Source: Oceanispirochaeta sp. (lineage in GTDB: Bacteria > Spirochaetota > Spirochaetia > DSM-2461). Taken from it: a stretch of 64,000 nucleotides of DNA. This document shows positions 49,323 to 60,944 of the stretch, in pieces; position 1 is the first letter of the stretch, and the number at the start of each line of letters is the position of its first letter. The notes beneath the pieces were generated by a model that made no database searches, was not told where the DNA came from, and saw only the letters and a list, made by a program, of their open reading frames with translations. The stretch is taken from positions 1,664,001-1,728,000 of the forward strand of contig CAXXOA010000001.1 of assembly GCA_963666275.2 (NCBI GenBank). The letters are read 5' to 3'. The translations under genes and the position numbers were made by a program.

Positions 49323-50573
49323 ATGTACAGATTTTTTTATATAACCTTAATTTCAGCAGTGCTGCTGCTTTTCAGCAGTTGTGAATTTTTCTTTGGATCA
49401 GATGACAAAGATGAATATATCTATGATCAGGATGGAATCCCTGATGAATATGAAGTCGAAGGTGGATATTTCATGGGGTTTCCCGTTTATGCCTGGGGAG
49501 CTCGTCCGGAAGTCACTGACCTATTTATTCACGTGTCTACAATGAATGTAGTTGGAACATCAGCGGAAACTGATGCGGGGATGCTTCTTCAGAAGGCGGC
49601 GCTAGATAAAGTGGTTGCGGCATTTGCGAAAGAAAATATTGCTATTCATTTTGATGTAGGAACAACCGGATTATATAATGGTTATACTCCCATCGATTCA
49701 GGAGTTTATAATTTAAGCGGGGTTAATCATCAGGTTCCCTATAACAATGCCATTACTTTGCAGCAATCCCTGGTCAGTGACACCAATGATATTCCTGATT
49801 ATGTATTTGTCGATCAATATAAAACAGCATATTTTCCATCTGAAAGGAATGCTCTTTTTTATTATCTTACTTTTGGTTCATCTCAATCACCACCGGATGA
49901 AAATGGGGATGGCGTAGGTGGTTCATCCGGAATATCCTATCTGCGTGGATTGAACTTTTTAATTACATTAGGATTTTGGGATTTGCATTTCAATGACACT
50001 GCTCATAATAATTTAACAGTTAACTTCCAGGCATCAACAATTATGCACGAATTCGGACATACATTGGGACTTCTGCATGGTGGAGCAGAAAATCAGAATT
50101 ATAAGCCTAATTACTATAGTATTATGAATTACCTCTATCAATTGAATGGCCTTCCAACAATAGGAAATGTTGAAGGAGATAGATATTATTATGAATATAG
50201 TCAACTGGGTTATACTTCAATAGCCTATTTGAATAACAGCCCCATAACTGAAAATTTTGTTATGAACTATTCCCATGGCAAGTTGGCTGAATTGAATGAA
50301 ACCAAATTGGATGAAAAAGATGGTTTAGGTCATGACGATTCTACTTCGGTTAATTGGAATTTCAATAGTTCATCAACTGAATCTGGTGTTGTGTATGATA
50401 TTAATGGTTCCGGCTCTTTTTCTGTTCTCTCAGACTATGATGATTGGGATAATCTGTATTTTTATTTTGATGCTTTGTACAATAATTCCGGTAGAGTTCT
50501 GAAAGAATCAGAATGGGAAATTATTGAAGAGGAAAAACCTGACTTCTCGAAAATATTTCAGGATGTAAATTAA
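49323..50573 (+). CDS. Metzincin zinc metalloprotease lipoprotein
   Basis: Lipobox FSSC; HEFGHTLGLLH (HExxHxxGxxH); SIMNY Met-turn; AT-rich. Confidence 0.88.
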   Translation: MYRFFYITLISAVLLLFSSCEFFFGSDDKDEYIYDQDGIPDEYEVEGGYFMGFPVYAWGARPEVTDLFIHVSTMNVVGTSAETDAGMLLQKAALDKVVAAFAKENIAIHFDVGTTGLYNGYTPIDSGVYNLSGVNHQVPYNNAITLQQSLVSDTNDIPDYVFVDQYKTAYFPSERNALFYYLTFGSSQSPPDENGDGVGGSSGISYLRGLNFLITLGFWDLHFNDTAHNNLTVNFQASTIMHEFGHTLGLLHGGAENQNYKPNYYSIMNYLYQLNGLPTIGNVEGDRYYYEYSQLGYTSIAYLNNSPITENFVMNYSHGKLAELNETKLDEKDGLGHDDSTSVNWNFNSSSTESGVVYDINGSGSFSVLSDYDDWDNLYFYFDALYNNSGRVLKESEWEIIEEEKPDFSKIFQDVN

Positions 50574-51142
50574 TGAAAAATTTAATCAGCATAACGGTAT
50601 TCTTTTTTATACTGACATCATCCTGTACTTCATATGTTCCAAACAGTATTGAATTAAATGCTACTTTTCCGGAAGGTGTGGAATCAGGTAAAATTGAAAA
50701 TCTTGTGGTTAATGAAAATTATATACATTTCATTTCATCGAAAAACGGTAAAGAGATCGCCATAATAAGCCATCAAAAATTATCTGAAAATGTAGTAGAT
50801 CGTATTTCAGAATCTTCGTATTACTCCTTTTATACGAGAATAAACCCTGACGGGCCGGTTGAAGTGTTATCTCTGTCTTCAGAAGAAATCTTGAATGTAC
50901 TATTGGGCGATCAATTGAAACCGGGAAAAATTCCAGGATTATCTCTTTCATACAGATCTTTGCCGGGTGGGGATATTGCTTTATTTTCAGATATAGACGA
51001 GTGGGTTATTAAACAAGGAGTTGAAAAGGAACTCTATATTGATGGAGTAAAATATTCAGCCACTTTATTGGATATGATCAAAGGTGATCCCCAATTTGAT
51101 CAGCCTCCTTTGAGGATCGATCTGATACTGGTAAGACAGTAA
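50573..51142 (+). CDS. Lipoprotein of unknown function
   Basis: Lipobox TSSC; TAATG overlap with protease gene; AT-rich. Confidence 0.75.
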   Translation: MKNLISITVFFFILTSSCTSYVPNSIELNATFPEGVESGKIENLVVNENYIHFISSKNGKEIAIISHQKLSENVVDRISESSYYSFYTRINPDGPVEVLSLSSEEILNVLLGDQLKPGKIPGLSLSYRSLPGGDIALFSDIDEWVIKQGVEKELYIDGVKYSATLLDMIKGDPQFDQPPLRIDLILVRQ

Positions 51143-51179
51143 AAAAAAGCCGCAATCCCATGGATATGCGGCTTTTTTA
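51141..51179. terminator. Bidirectional intrinsic terminator
   Basis: A8-GCCGCA...TGCGGC-T6 between convergent genes. Confidence 0.85.
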
Positions 51180-51193
51180 TTAAACAAGTAGGT

Positions 51194-51694
51194 CTATTTT
51201 AAAGCTGCCAGAGCCGCTGCATAATCCGGCTCATCAGCAATCTCTTTTACCTGTTCGGTATAGAGAACTTTTCCGTCCTCCCCAACCACAACGACAGCCC
51301 TTGAAAGGAGTCCTGTCAGAGGACCTTCTGTGAAGACAACGCCGTAATCTTTGCCGAATGCGGGGCTTCTGAAAACAGAAGCGTTCTGTACGTCTTTCAG
51401 ACCTTCACTGGAACAGAATCTATCATGGGCAAAGGGCAGATCTGCAGAAATACACAGAACTTCTGTATTGTCCAGAGAGGATGCTTCTTTGTTGAATCGT
51501 CTTACCGAAGCCGCACAGGTCGATGTGTCCAGACTGGGAAAGATATTCAGTATGACCTTTTTTCCTTTAAAATCCGCCAGGGTCACATCGGACAGATCTG
51601 TTTTTACAAGAGTAAAGTCTTTTGCACTGTTTCCTACAGAAGGAAGTTCACCATAGGTCGCCACAGGATTGCCATGTAAAGTCAATTTAGCCAT
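51194..51694 (-). CDS. tpx: Thiol peroxidase
   Basis: [30 protein letters not shown]. Confidence 0.96.
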   Translation of the reverse strand: MAKLTLHGNPVATYGELPSVGNSAKDFTLVKTDLSDVTLADFKGKKVILNIFPSLDTSTCAASVRRFNKEASSLDNTEVLCISADLPFAHDRFCSSEGLKDVQNASVFRSPAFGKDYGVVFTEGPLTGLLSRAVVVVGEDGKVLYTEQVKEIADEPDYAAALAALK

Positions 51695-51780
51695 TATTTT
51701 AATCTCCTGATAATCACTAGTATTATGATAAGAATTATTATTCCTATCAAAATCAAATGCAAATAAAAATTGAAAATTCT

Positions 51781-53868
51781 TTAAAGGGTGCCCGATAAAT
51801 CCTGAATCTGTGCCATATTGGCATCGGAGAGTCGAAGGATCTCCTGGAGGTTCCGCTCCAGAATCCCAATGGATTCATTCATGGAGCCCGACGCATTGAG
51901 CACCTGGCCGGAGTTCTCTTTCAGTTCACTCAAGGCCGTATTTACCTGTTTATTCCCCGCGGCCATCTGATCTGTATGGACCAGGAACTCCTGAAGGGCC
52001 TGGGATATATTCTGCATCTCCTGCAGAACCAGACCGATATTTTCTCCTGTCTTTCCTGAAAAGTCAGAGGTTTCCTGAACTTTGTACTGAATCTCTCCAA
52101 TAAGAGAACTCACATCCTTCACATTATTCTCTGTTGTTTCTGCAAGTTTTTTGATCTCCGATGCCACTACGGAGAACCCTTTTCCCGATTCTCCCGCATG
52201 GGCCGCCTCTATGGCTGCGTTCATGGAGAGGAGGCTGGTCTTATCGGCGACTTCACTGATGAGCAGGATCAGATTTCCTATCCCCGAAATGGATTTTGTT
52301 ATCTCCGCAATGGAGGAAACTGTGTATTTCAGATCTTTTTCCCCGGTTCTGACAGAGCTGTCCAGGTTTTCCAGGGCTTCCTGACGGGTTTTGGAAATGC
52401 GGGAAAGATTTCCCAGAGCCCGGACCATCTCTTCAATGGCAGCAGAGGACTCCTGAAGGCTGGCAGTCTGGAGGGTAACGGAACTGTTCACCTCTTCCAC
52501 AGACTGGTTCATATTGGTGATGAGGTTTTTGCAGCTGTTGATTCTTTCGTGCAGCCTGCTGTAGAGATCCATCACGGTCTCTTTTTCTTCCAGAATAATT
52601 TTATGTCTGTAATGATGGCAGTTTTCAGGTTTATTCAGACCGTTGAATATGGCTACAGCCATTCCCTCGCAGCTGCCGTAACCGCAGGCGGCGCATTGAA
52701 GAAAATCCGCCTCACAGGTTTTTTTCATATCACTGTAAATCTGATTCAGCTGATTTCTGTCGGGCTGCCGGATCAGCAGACGGGAAGAAAGATCCTGGTA
52801 ATCTCTTTGAAAATCTCCGGGATGCCAGAGGGCGCTGATGGACCTGCCGACTTTTTTACCGGCTGATTTTTCTTTCCGCACTGTAGGGACAAAGCGCTTT
52901 TCCACACGGGAGGCCAGTAGATCATGGGATGTTTTCTGATGACGGGTCCCGGGGCCGCCGTTGCAGCCGTTTTCGCAATTCAGGCAGTCGATAAGAAGGG
53001 GAGCATATTTCCCTTTTATGGCATCAGGAAGATCCTGGAGATAACTGTATATACCCTGGCCTTCAATTTTTTTTGTTTTAAAGGCTATGCCGGGTTCATC
53101 CCTGTCAGCTGTAAGCATCAGTCCGCCGGGTGTTGAAAATCTGACAGCCCTTTCGGCAGAGGGGCCTGTAAATTCAGCGGGTTTAAACTTTCTCAGGCTG
53201 ATTTTCTTTTGTTCAATCCACTCTTCCAGGCTTCTCAGTGTCACATTGTAATCTCCGTGGCCTGTATCGAGGAATTCCCTTTTTTTTGCCAGGCAGGGAG
53301 AGACAATCAGAGTTTTATATTCTTTGTACTCAGGCCAGTTCTTTCTGATCATTTTTAATGTATGTACCATGGGGCTGTCCGCAGGAGCGAGGTAGGGTAT
53401 CAGCTCGGGCTGATACATTTCAATATAGGAAACAATGGAAGGGCAGGGCTGGGCAATGACACATTCCGGGCGGGATTCTTTTATATAGTTCAGATAGGAT
53501 TTCACTGTCAGTTCCGCTCCCAGAGAAACATCAAAAAAAGCGGCGACTCCCAGGCTTTTAAGATAACCCAGCAGATTCGGCCATGTATCAGGAAGACTGG
53601 CGGCAATCGCCGGGGCAGCAATGCCAATTATTTTCTCACCCTTCTGCAGAGCCTCCATGAATGGAGAAAAATCATCCAGCCAGGAACGGGCCTTATGATC
53701 ACAGGCTTCGATACAGTGTCCGCAGCCTATACAGAGGTCATGATTGATACTGACTGTCTTACCTGAACCGTCTATGCAGTATTTGACAGGACAGATGCTG
53801 ATGCATTTATGACAGTTTATGCAATTCTCTTCCACAATCGATATAACAGGAGTTATTGCTTTCTGCAT
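51781..53868 (-). CDS. Cytoplasmic chemoreceptor: 2x[4Fe-4S] + [FeFe]-hydrogenase-like domain + FeS + MCP domain
   Basis: [78 protein letters not shown]. Confidence 0.88.
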   Translation of the reverse strand: MQKAITPVISIVEENCINCHKCISICPVKYCIDGSGKTVSINHDLCIGCGHCIEACDHKARSWLDDFSPFMEALQKGEKIIGIAAPAIAASLPDTWPNLLGYLKSLGVAAFFDVSLGAELTVKSYLNYIKESRPECVIAQPCPSIVSYIEMYQPELIPYLAPADSPMVHTLKMIRKNWPEYKEYKTLIVSPCLAKKREFLDTGHGDYNVTLRSLEEWIEQKKISLRKFKPAEFTGPSAERAVRFSTPGGLMLTADRDEPGIAFKTKKIEGQGIYSYLQDLPDAIKGKYAPLLIDCLNCENGCNGGPGTRHQKTSHDLLASRVEKRFVPTVRKEKSAGKKVGRSISALWHPGDFQRDYQDLSSRLLIRQPDRNQLNQIYSDMKKTCEADFLQCAACGYGSCEGMAVAIFNGLNKPENCHHYRHKIILEEKETVMDLYSRLHERINSCKNLITNMNQSVEEVNSSVTLQTASLQESSAAIEEMVRALGNLSRISKTRQEALENLDSSVRTGEKDLKYTVSSIAEITKSISGIGNLILLISEVADKTSLLSMNAAIEAAHAGESGKGFSVVASEIKKLAETTENNVKDVSSLIGEIQYKVQETSDFSGKTGENIGLVLQEMQNISQALQEFLVHTDQMAAGNKQVNTALSELKENSGQVLNASGSMNESIGILERNLQEILRLSDANMAQIQDLSGTL

Positions 53869-54125
53869 TGCGTACCCTTCTTCAATGGAAATTGTTTTTC
53901 ATAGATGATTTAATGTATACTGTTTGCTTTATAAGTATATTTCCAGGGGAAAGTAATTTCCAGAAGATTTGTTTTTGTGTTTATTTATTACGCCCCCTTT
54001 CATTCAGCCTGTTCCCATTACAGGAAAAGTTTATGGCCTGTTTCCCTTTCCTGTAAAAAAGTAGGAATTATTTTTTTGAAAATCCCGGGTAATTCCATAC
54101 TATTTAAAGGAAGAGGAAAACTTAT

Positions 54126-56372
54126 ATGGAAAAGAAAATCGCTTTCAGTATTAGAAAAAAAGCTCTTATATTGAATCTCTTCCTTCCTCTGCTGCTTTTT
54201 CTTGCCGGTTCTTCGGTAATTTTTAAAGTGCAGTATGAAATTTCATTCGAAGAGAAACGCTATCAGATGGAACAGGTGGGTTATCTTATCCGCGATAACC
54301 TGACCATACCGGTGGTTCAGATGTTCCAGACTCTTCAGGGGGCCTCCACGCATCCGGATCTCATCTCTTTCCTTGAAAATATACCGGATACTCTGGACTA
54401 TAGTCTGCTTCGGGAAACCCCCGGGTATGAACATATACAGCAGTTTTTCCAATCCCTCATCGGAGAAAAACCTGTTTCACTGCTCTATGCCGCATCCGAA
54501 AATAGCAGGGGGTTTATTGCCGACAGGGAACCTGAGCTGCCAGACTGGTACGATGCCCGAGAACGCGGCTGGTACACTCTGACCGAAGAGGAGTGGAACA
54601 GATGGGCTTCACGGCATGCCGATCAGCCCCGGTATACCATGGACGGGATGAATCGGAATAACAGTTTTACCATTACAGAACCCTATCCCAATGCGATCGA
54701 AGGCGAAGAGAGCCTGGCCATAACCATTGCGCATATATTACTGGACCGGAATCAGGCGGTGAGAGGTGTGATTGCCATGGATTACAGCATCATGGGGATC
54801 ATTGAGATGCTTGAATCCACAGAAAAGCGATACGGCATTCAGATTGTCCTCTATTCGGCTAGAACGGGAGATCTTATCTGGGATAAAGAGTCGGGAATGG
54901 CCGATCCGGAAAATCCCTTGACTCTCAATCAGAAAGTGGAGAGTTACGGTTTCGAAGGAGAAGAGGCTGCCGTACTCTCAGAAACCATTACCAGGGATAA
55001 TCTTGCTTTCTACGAAGGAAAAACCCGGAAATTCGGTGCCTCTCTGTTCCATTCCATCCATATCCCCGGCACTCCCTGGGGAATCATTGTGATTAAACCG
55101 AAGAGTGAAATTTCCGAACGGCTGATCCGGGAGATTGCTCCGCCGTTAATTGGGGTGGGAATCTTCTTTCTTTCCATCATGACCGCTGGATTCCTTGTGC
55201 TCATCAGAATTATCATTCGCCCCCTCAGTGAAACCTCCACTAACCTGGAAGTTCTCTCTTCGGGAGAAGGGGACCTGACAAGCAGACTCCCTGTCCGGTC
55301 GGCAGACGAACTGGGACATCTGAGCAGCAGCTTCAATCTGTTTGTATCAAAGCTCTCGGATATGATAAACAATATCAAAGAAGCTCTGGACGGTATGGAG
55401 GAGATCAAGGAGAACATCCTATCCTCAACAGAAGAGACTACAGGCGCTGTGGAACAGATCGGCGCCAACATATCCTCACTGGGGAACCAGATGCACAATC
55501 TGGATGACAATCTGGGAGCCAATTCGCTCTCAATGGAGAATATAAGCCGGAATATTGAAAATTTCGATCTTCAGATTGCCAATCAGGCCGCCATGGTGGA
55601 GGAATCCACCGCAGCGATTACTCAGATGATCGCATCTCTTAATAATGTCTCCCAGGTAACCGTGTCCAAAAAGAATACCACAGGGAAACTGGGAGCTGTG
55701 GCTCTGGAAGGTAAGAATCAGCTCAATGAAACATCACAGGCTTTTAAAAATGTAGTTGAGAATATGGACCGGATCAAAGAGATGGCCAATGCCATAAATA
55801 AAATAGCCTCCCAGACAAATCTCCTTTCCATGAATGCGGCGATTGAAGCGGCTCATGCGGGAGATTCGGGAAAAGGTTTTGCCGTAGTGGCAGAAGAGAT
55901 CCGTAAACTGGCGGATTCCTCGGGGACTTCCTCCCGGAACATAACCGAACTGATCAAGCAGATAGCCGATGGGATTACCGAAACGGAAGAAAAGGTGAAT
56001 ACAACCAACAGAGCCTTTGACCAGATCAACAATGAGATCAATTCAACCATCAATGCGTTCAGTGAAATCGAGATTTCCGTATCAGAACTGAACCAGGGGG
56101 GACAGCAGATTCTGGAATCTTCCGAAGAGATCAATAATGCCACTGTTACAATCCGTGACGGTTCCATAGAGATCAAAAACGGAATACAATCGATTCTGGA
56201 CTCTTCAGAAGAACTGAAAAATATATCAGGCAGGGTGAACGGAGCTTCAAGAGAAGTGAAAGCCGGTTCCGATGAAATCCTGACCTCCATGCAGCTTATT
56301 ATGCAGTTGGGCACCCAGCTGAATGATATCGTTATAGAGCTGCGGGAACAGTTCGGCAGATTTAAAACTTGA
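54126..56372 (+). CDS. Methyl-accepting chemotaxis protein with Cache-type sensor
   Basis: [25 protein letters not shown]...DELG; MCP hairpin motif. Confidence 0.95.
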   Translation: MEKKIAFSIRKKALILNLFLPLLLFLAGSSVIFKVQYEISFEEKRYQMEQVGYLIRDNLTIPVVQMFQTLQGASTHPDLISFLENIPDTLDYSLLRETPGYEHIQQFFQSLIGEKPVSLLYAASENSRGFIADREPELPDWYDARERGWYTLTEEEWNRWASRHADQPRYTMDGMNRNNSFTITEPYPNAIEGEESLAITIAHILLDRNQAVRGVIAMDYSIMGIIEMLESTEKRYGIQIVLYSARTGDLIWDKESGMADPENPLTLNQKVESYGFEGEEAAVLSETITRDNLAFYEGKTRKFGASLFHSIHIPGTPWGIIVIKPKSEISERLIREIAPPLIGVGIFFLSIMTAGFLVLIRIIIRPLSETSTNLEVLSSGEGDLTSRLPVRSADELGHLSSSFNLFVSKLSDMINNIKEALDGMEEIKENILSSTEETTGAVEQIGANISSLGNQMHNLDDNLGANSLSMENISRNIENFDLQIANQAAMVEESTAAITQMIASLNNVSQVTVSKKNTTGKLGAVALEGKNQLNETSQAFKNVVENMDRIKEMANAINKIASQTNLLSMNAAIEAAHAGDSGKGFAVVAEEIRKLADSSGTSSRNITELIKQIADGITETEEKVNTTNRAFDQINNEINSTINAFSEIEISVSELNQGGQQILESSEEINNATVTIRDGSIEIKNGIQSILDSSEELKNISGRVNGASREVKAGSDEILTSMQLIMQLGTQLNDIVIELREQFGRFKT

Positions 56373-56406
56373 AGGGTCCAAATGATGAAACGACCGGAGA
56401 CTGCTG

Positions 56407-57108
56407 TTGAAAGAAGAAGAGCTCTATCTGCCTTTGAAAAAATACCTGGAACATCAGGGGTATTCCGTCAGCGGGGAAGTTAAAGATTGCGATCTTGCCG
56501 CAGTCAAGGATGAAGAAATCATTCTGATAGAGTTGAAAACCCGGGTAACCACCACTCTTCTGATCCAGGCGGCCAGAAGGAAAGATATCTGTGATTCCGT
56601 TTATATTGCGGTGCCTGTGCCTCAGGGGAAACAGTCCCTGCCCAATTACCGGGGGCTGAAGAATCTTCTTCAGCGCATGGAAGTGGGGCTGATACTTGTC
56701 AGGTTCATGAAAACCAGGACAAGAGTGGAAATTGTCTTGCATCCCCGGACCTTTGAAAAAAGGGTTCGTCATAAGAAAAAAAAGGCTATTCTCAAAGAGA
56801 TCAACAGCCGGTACGCAGAGTTTCAGAACGGAGGGATTCCCACTGACAGGGAAAGAATGACCGCCTATAAACAGGAAGCCCTGCGGATTGCTTTTTTTCT
56901 GAAAGAATCCAGTCCTCTCTCACCGGCTCAGTTGAGAGAGAGGGGAACCCGGTCGGATAAAACACAGCAGATCCTTGCAGGGAATGTGTACGGATGGTTT
57001 GAACGGATTGCCCGGGGGCAGTATTGTCTCAATGATGCGGGTATGGTGGCGCTGTCACGGTATGAATCGGAATATCCCGGAATCAAAGAAAAGCTGAAGC
57101 TTCCCTGA
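56407..57108 (+). CDS. DUF2161 family putative PD-(D/E)XK protein
   Basis: EEELYLPLK, GEVKDCD, IELK, MTAYKQEAL, NVYGWFER..RGQY; TTG start. Confidence 0.85.
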   Translation: MKEEELYLPLKKYLEHQGYSVSGEVKDCDLAAVKDEEIILIELKTRVTTTLLIQAARRKDICDSVYIAVPVPQGKQSLPNYRGLKNLLQRMEVGLILVRFMKTRTRVEIVLHPRTFEKRVRHKKKKAILKEINSRYAEFQNGGIPTDRERMTAYKQEALRIAFFLKESSPLSPAQLRERGTRSDKTQQILAGNVYGWFERIARGQYCLNDAGMVALSRYESEYPGIKEKLKLP

Positions 57109-57197
57109 AGGGCAGATGGGAAATGCTCTTTCTGCTGTTCAGAGACGCCGGAATTTGCCATTCCTGTTATGAAAAATAAAAAAAGATAGTAAACCAT

Positions 57198-57234
57198 AAA
57201 AAAACACCCCGCGAAAAACTTCGGGGGGTGTTTT
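57198..57234. terminator. Bidirectional terminator
   Basis: AAAAAAACACCCC...GGGGTGTTTT between convergent genes. Confidence 0.8.
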
Positions 57235-57270
57235 AAATTCTCTTTTATGGAAAAAGATTTTTTATCAGTA

Positions 57271-58707
57271 TCAGCTGTTCTCTTTCTTCAGTCCGCTAAT
57301 GATATAGTCGATAACATCGGAGGCAGAAAAATCTGTCTTCTGTTTCAGGAGATCTTTCAGAGCATCCACTTTCGTACCCATGGTGATCAGAGCTTTTTCA
57401 ATGGTTCCGTCTTTATATATGGAGGGCATTCCCACTGTCGCGAGAAGGGCATTGCAGAGGCAGCGTTTCCCTTCGGTGTTTTCGTTGGTGACACCGCCTT
57501 TCTTTTCGAACTCCTCTTTGCTTTCAGCAGGACATCTGTAGCCTACAGAACCATCCTCTTTTTTATAGAGATTTCTCAGATACCCTAGATTGCAGATCTT
57601 CTTTCTGTTTTCAAACAGATTTTTATCGGCAATCGTATCAAACATACGCATGACTTTGAAGGGAAATCCTGTGGGAGAGGCCTTTACGTCGGTATAGATT
57701 TTTTTATCCTCACCAGTGATGGATCTGATAATCTTTTTTCTCAGGTCGGGAAAAATTCCTGATTCCCGGCAGAGAGCGAAGGCGGATCCAACCTGAATAC
57801 CGGCGGCGCCGTTTTTCAGAGCTTCCCTGAGTCTGGATGGTTCTCCGTAGGATCCTGCCAGCCAGAAAGGAACCCCCAGTTCCCGGATCTTCTCAATATC
57901 AACCTGGTCCCGGTCTCCATAGACAGGTTCGCCTTTGTCATCAAGAACCATTTTTCCTCTGGGAGGGGCATTATGGCCTCCGGCTTCATGATTTTCTATT
58001 ATCAGACCGTCGATAGGTCCTGTCGCTTTCTTTGTCATAAGAGTCGCCAGAAAATTGGAGGAAACGATGGGAAGAAACTGGGGCTTCTTCAAAGTCGGCA
58101 GCTTGCTTCCGAAGAGTGCCGCAGCATCGAAGGAGGAGAAAAAACTATCCTCTTTCGTAGCGTTCTCCACATTCAGCTTCAGAGAAGCTTTACAGGTTTC
58201 GACCATTTTTTTTATAATTCCGGGAAACTCAAGAGGAATGCCCGCTCCGACGATGACATAATCGATTCCAGCCAGAAGTGCTCCATAAAGGGAGGGGAGA
58301 CTGGGAAGCTGTACTTTCTCCAGATAATTCACACCGACTTTACCGGAATGACCCTCTTTGGCAAGAAAGGTTTCTACAAAATTGGCTATAACTGTCAATT
58401 CGTTCAGGCTGTTGTTGTTTTCAAGACGAAACAGCGGGAGCTGTTTGTAATGGTTTTTCTCTTTCAGACCGCCGGGAATAAAATATTTATCCATAACCCG
58501 TTTTGCCGCATCTTTAAAAGGAAAAGCATCAAGGGCTCTTCTCATATGCCCTTCTGGATCACCATCCTGCAGCCTTCTGGCCAGAACGCTGTCCAGACTG
58601 GTTCCGGAAATAACACCCAGCTGTCCTGTTTTTGATACTTCTCTGGCCAGCCGCCAGTTGGATACTCCGATCCCCATTCCGCCCTGTATGATTAATGGTT
58701 GACTCAT
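57271..58707 (-). CDS. Nitronate monooxygenase/FabK-superfamily flavoprotein with Cys-rich C-terminus
   Basis: IIQGGMGIGVS, EAGGHN, GIQVGSAF, SPTGFPF, C...C...CLC. Confidence 0.88.
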   Translation of the reverse strand: MSQPLIIQGGMGIGVSNWRLAREVSKTGQLGVISGTSLDSVLARRLQDGDPEGHMRRALDAFPFKDAAKRVMDKYFIPGGLKEKNHYKQLPLFRLENNNSLNELTVIANFVETFLAKEGHSGKVGVNYLEKVQLPSLPSLYGALLAGIDYVIVGAGIPLEFPGIIKKMVETCKASLKLNVENATKEDSFFSSFDAAALFGSKLPTLKKPQFLPIVSSNFLATLMTKKATGPIDGLIIENHEAGGHNAPPRGKMVLDDKGEPVYGDRDQVDIEKIRELGVPFWLAGSYGEPSRLREALKNGAAGIQVGSAFALCRESGIFPDLRKKIIRSITGEDKKIYTDVKASPTGFPFKVMRMFDTIADKNLFENRKKICNLGYLRNLYKKEDGSVGYRCPAESKEEFEKKGGVTNENTEGKRCLCNALLATVGMPSIYKDGTIEKALITMGTKVDALKDLLKQKTDFSASDVIDYIISGLKKENS

Positions 58708-58765
58708 GAACGTCCCCTTTATCAGTTTGCCTCATTGTATCTGTGTTTAAGGCAATTGTATAGTT

Positions 58766-58800
58766 TATTTTTGACACTGTAGGTTAAAATGTCAAAAATA
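58766..58800. promoter_or_regulatory. Perfect 11-bp inverted repeat, operator candidate
   Basis: TATTTTTGACA-N13-TGTCAAAAATA in divergent intergenic region. Confidence 0.5.
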
Positions 58801-59002
58801 GTCTCTTTACACTATGCGAAAATACCCACTGAGACAACCCTGCAGAGGGGATAAAAATCAGGAAAAGGAGAATTCCCGGTCGGCCCTGGTATTTACAGAC
58901 CCGGGTAGGGAGCTTTTGTATATTTGGCATTTCAATTCTTAAGATATGAGAGTAATATTAATACATACTCTATTTGTTTAAACCCGCAGGAGGATCATCA
59001 GG

Positions 59003-59929
59003 ATGAATCATAAAGTAATAGAATCTGCAGCAATTATCGGAGCGGGAGCTCTCGGTATTCTTTACGGGGAAGCTCTGAAGCAGCAGCTGGGCAGCAATCT
59101 CTACTATCTGGCAAATGGTTCAAGATTCGATAAAATCAGGGATGGCCATTTTCTTATCAACAGTATTCCCGAAAACTTCTCTGTCCGTCATTCGGACACT
59201 CTTGATGAACTTCCTGATCTTATCATTGTGGCTGTGAAAAATCATCATCTGGAGGAAGCCCTTGAAATTCTGAAAAAAGCAGTAAAACAGGGGTCTATCA
59301 TCCTCTCAGTTCTCAACGGAATCGACAGCGAAGCCTACCTGGAAAAACACTTTCCTCATGCCCATATTCTCTATTCCGTAGCGGTCGGTATGGATGCCGT
59401 CAGGGATTCCAATCAACTGACCTATTCAAGCAAAGGAAAACTCCTACTGGGAGCGAAGGATAATGATACGGAGAATCCGGAACTTCAGAAGCTCTGTCAG
59501 CTTCTGGACAAATGTCATATCCATTATGAAATTCCTGAAGATATTCACCGTTCTCTCTGGTGGAAATGGATGATCAATATAGGTGTCAATCAGGTTTCCG
59601 CTGTGACCGGAGCCAATTACGGGGTTTTTCAGAAAAATGATGATCTCAAAAAACTCATGGAAGCGGCCATGACCGAAACTGTCCTTGTGGCCAGGGCCTG
59701 TGGTGTGGATCTCAGAGAGGAAGATATTACCAATTGGTATCCCATCATGAACGGGCTGGGGCCGGATGGAAAAACGTCCATGCTTCAGGATATTGAAGCC
59801 CGGAGAAAGACCGAAGCCCCCTGGTTCAGCGGCAAACTGATCTCGCTGGCTGAAGAAAAGGGGGTTCCCGTACCGGTTAATCAGACCCTGTACCGGATTA
59901 TCCTGGCCAAAGAGGCCCAGTTCAGTTAA
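59003..59929 (+). CDS. panE: Ketopantoate reductase family protein
   Basis: IIGAGALG, AVK, LNGID, W.K..IN, KTSMLQDIEARRKTE. Confidence 0.9.
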   Translation: MNHKVIESAAIIGAGALGILYGEALKQQLGSNLYYLANGSRFDKIRDGHFLINSIPENFSVRHSDTLDELPDLIIVAVKNHHLEEALEILKKAVKQGSIILSVLNGIDSEAYLEKHFPHAHILYSVAVGMDAVRDSNQLTYSSKGKLLLGAKDNDTENPELQKLCQLLDKCHIHYEIPEDIHRSLWWKWMINIGVNQVSAVTGANYGVFQKNDDLKKLMEAAMTETVLVARACGVDLREEDITNWYPIMNGLGPDGKTSMLQDIEARRKTEAPWFSGKLISLAEEKGVPVPVNQTLYRIILAKEAQFS

Positions 59930-60017
59930 AGAATTTCAGAAGAATGAGTGTGAAATATCAAGCTGTTTCCCCATCAACCTGTATGAGAACAGTGGAGAAA
60001 CAGCCTATTCAGCCGTA

Positions 60018-60944
60018 TTATAAATTATCCAGCTTGTCTATTGTTTTATAGGTCTGGGTCCCTTCAAAAAGGTCCGTGTAGGTAAAAAGAGCCTGGAACT
60101 TTTTATTCAGCCCTTTATACACTGTATCTGTGATGGATATATATCCCGGTTCTGCAGCCTGTTTTTCCAGATGAGCAGCCAGATTAATCACCTCTGAAAC
60201 TATTTTTCCCGTATCTGTATGGTAGATCAGTTTTCCATTATGGACACCTATGCGCAGTTTGATAGGGTCCTCAATCGGGTTATTCAGATCAATATTGAAA
60301 AGAGAAATGGTCCTCTGCACTTCAAAAGAGAAGAGGACCGATCTTTCAATCTGATTTTTAAAGGCAAAAGCCAGAATTCCTCCGTCTCCCGCCCAGTTCC
60401 AGATCCTGCCGTCATAGTGAGACAGATGATGACGAAGAAACTTCCAGAGCTGTGTATAGACTTTTTTCATGGTTTTAACCCCATGTTTCTTAACCAGCTC
60501 CGAATTCCCCACAATATCGAGACTCAAGACCGTGACTAGATAGTTTTTTCCGTCTTTCAGGGCTCCCCAGTTGGGCAGTTCCTGAGGATCCTCTTTCAGG
60601 GGGAGGACTTTCCGCTTCCTGATGTCATAGACATAACCGTTCTGCATCAGCTGCTGAAGGAAGTAGTCTATTCCGTCAATACAAAGGGTTCGGCCCAGGA
60701 TGGTGCTGTTGTCCAGCTCCGCCAGGAGTTTGATCAATTCAGCAGTTTTATTATGTTCAACCATATACTCAACAAGTATGGTTGCTGAAAGTCGGGGAGG
60801 TATAGTGACATTTGAGGGCTTTCCGGACAGTTGATTCAGATCAAATCCCTTGGAAAGCATTTTACCTATCTCATCAATCTCTTTTGCCTTGATTGCCAGA
60901 GAGACTGTTTCGATTAATAGGTTTTTTAAAGATGGATCCAGCAT
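60018..60944 (-). CDS. Class III nucleotide cyclase-domain protein with N-terminal helical domain
   Basis: SLDIVGNS, AGDG, LRIGVH, VINLAAHLE; GGAG RBS before ATG 60944. Confidence 0.82.
   Translation of the reverse strand: MLDPSLKNLLIETVSLAIKAKEIDEIGKMLSKGFDLNQLSGKPSNVTIPPRLSATILVEYMVEHNKTAELIKLLAELDNSTILGRTLCIDGIDYFLQQLMQNGYVYDIRKRKVLPLKEDPQELPNWGALKDGKNYLVTVLSLDIVGNSELVKKHGVKTMKKVYTQLWKFLRHHLSHYDGRIWNWAGDGGILAFAFKNQIERSVLFSFEVQRTISLFNIDLNNPIEDPIKLRIGVHNGKLIYHTDTGKIVSEVINLAAHLEKQAAEPGYISITDTVYKGLNKKFQALFTYTDLFEGTQTYKTIDKLDNL

Noticed and set aside
60018..60944. Pycsar anti-phage cyclase
   Set aside because: No adjacent TIR or transmembrane effector; flanked by housekeeping genes.
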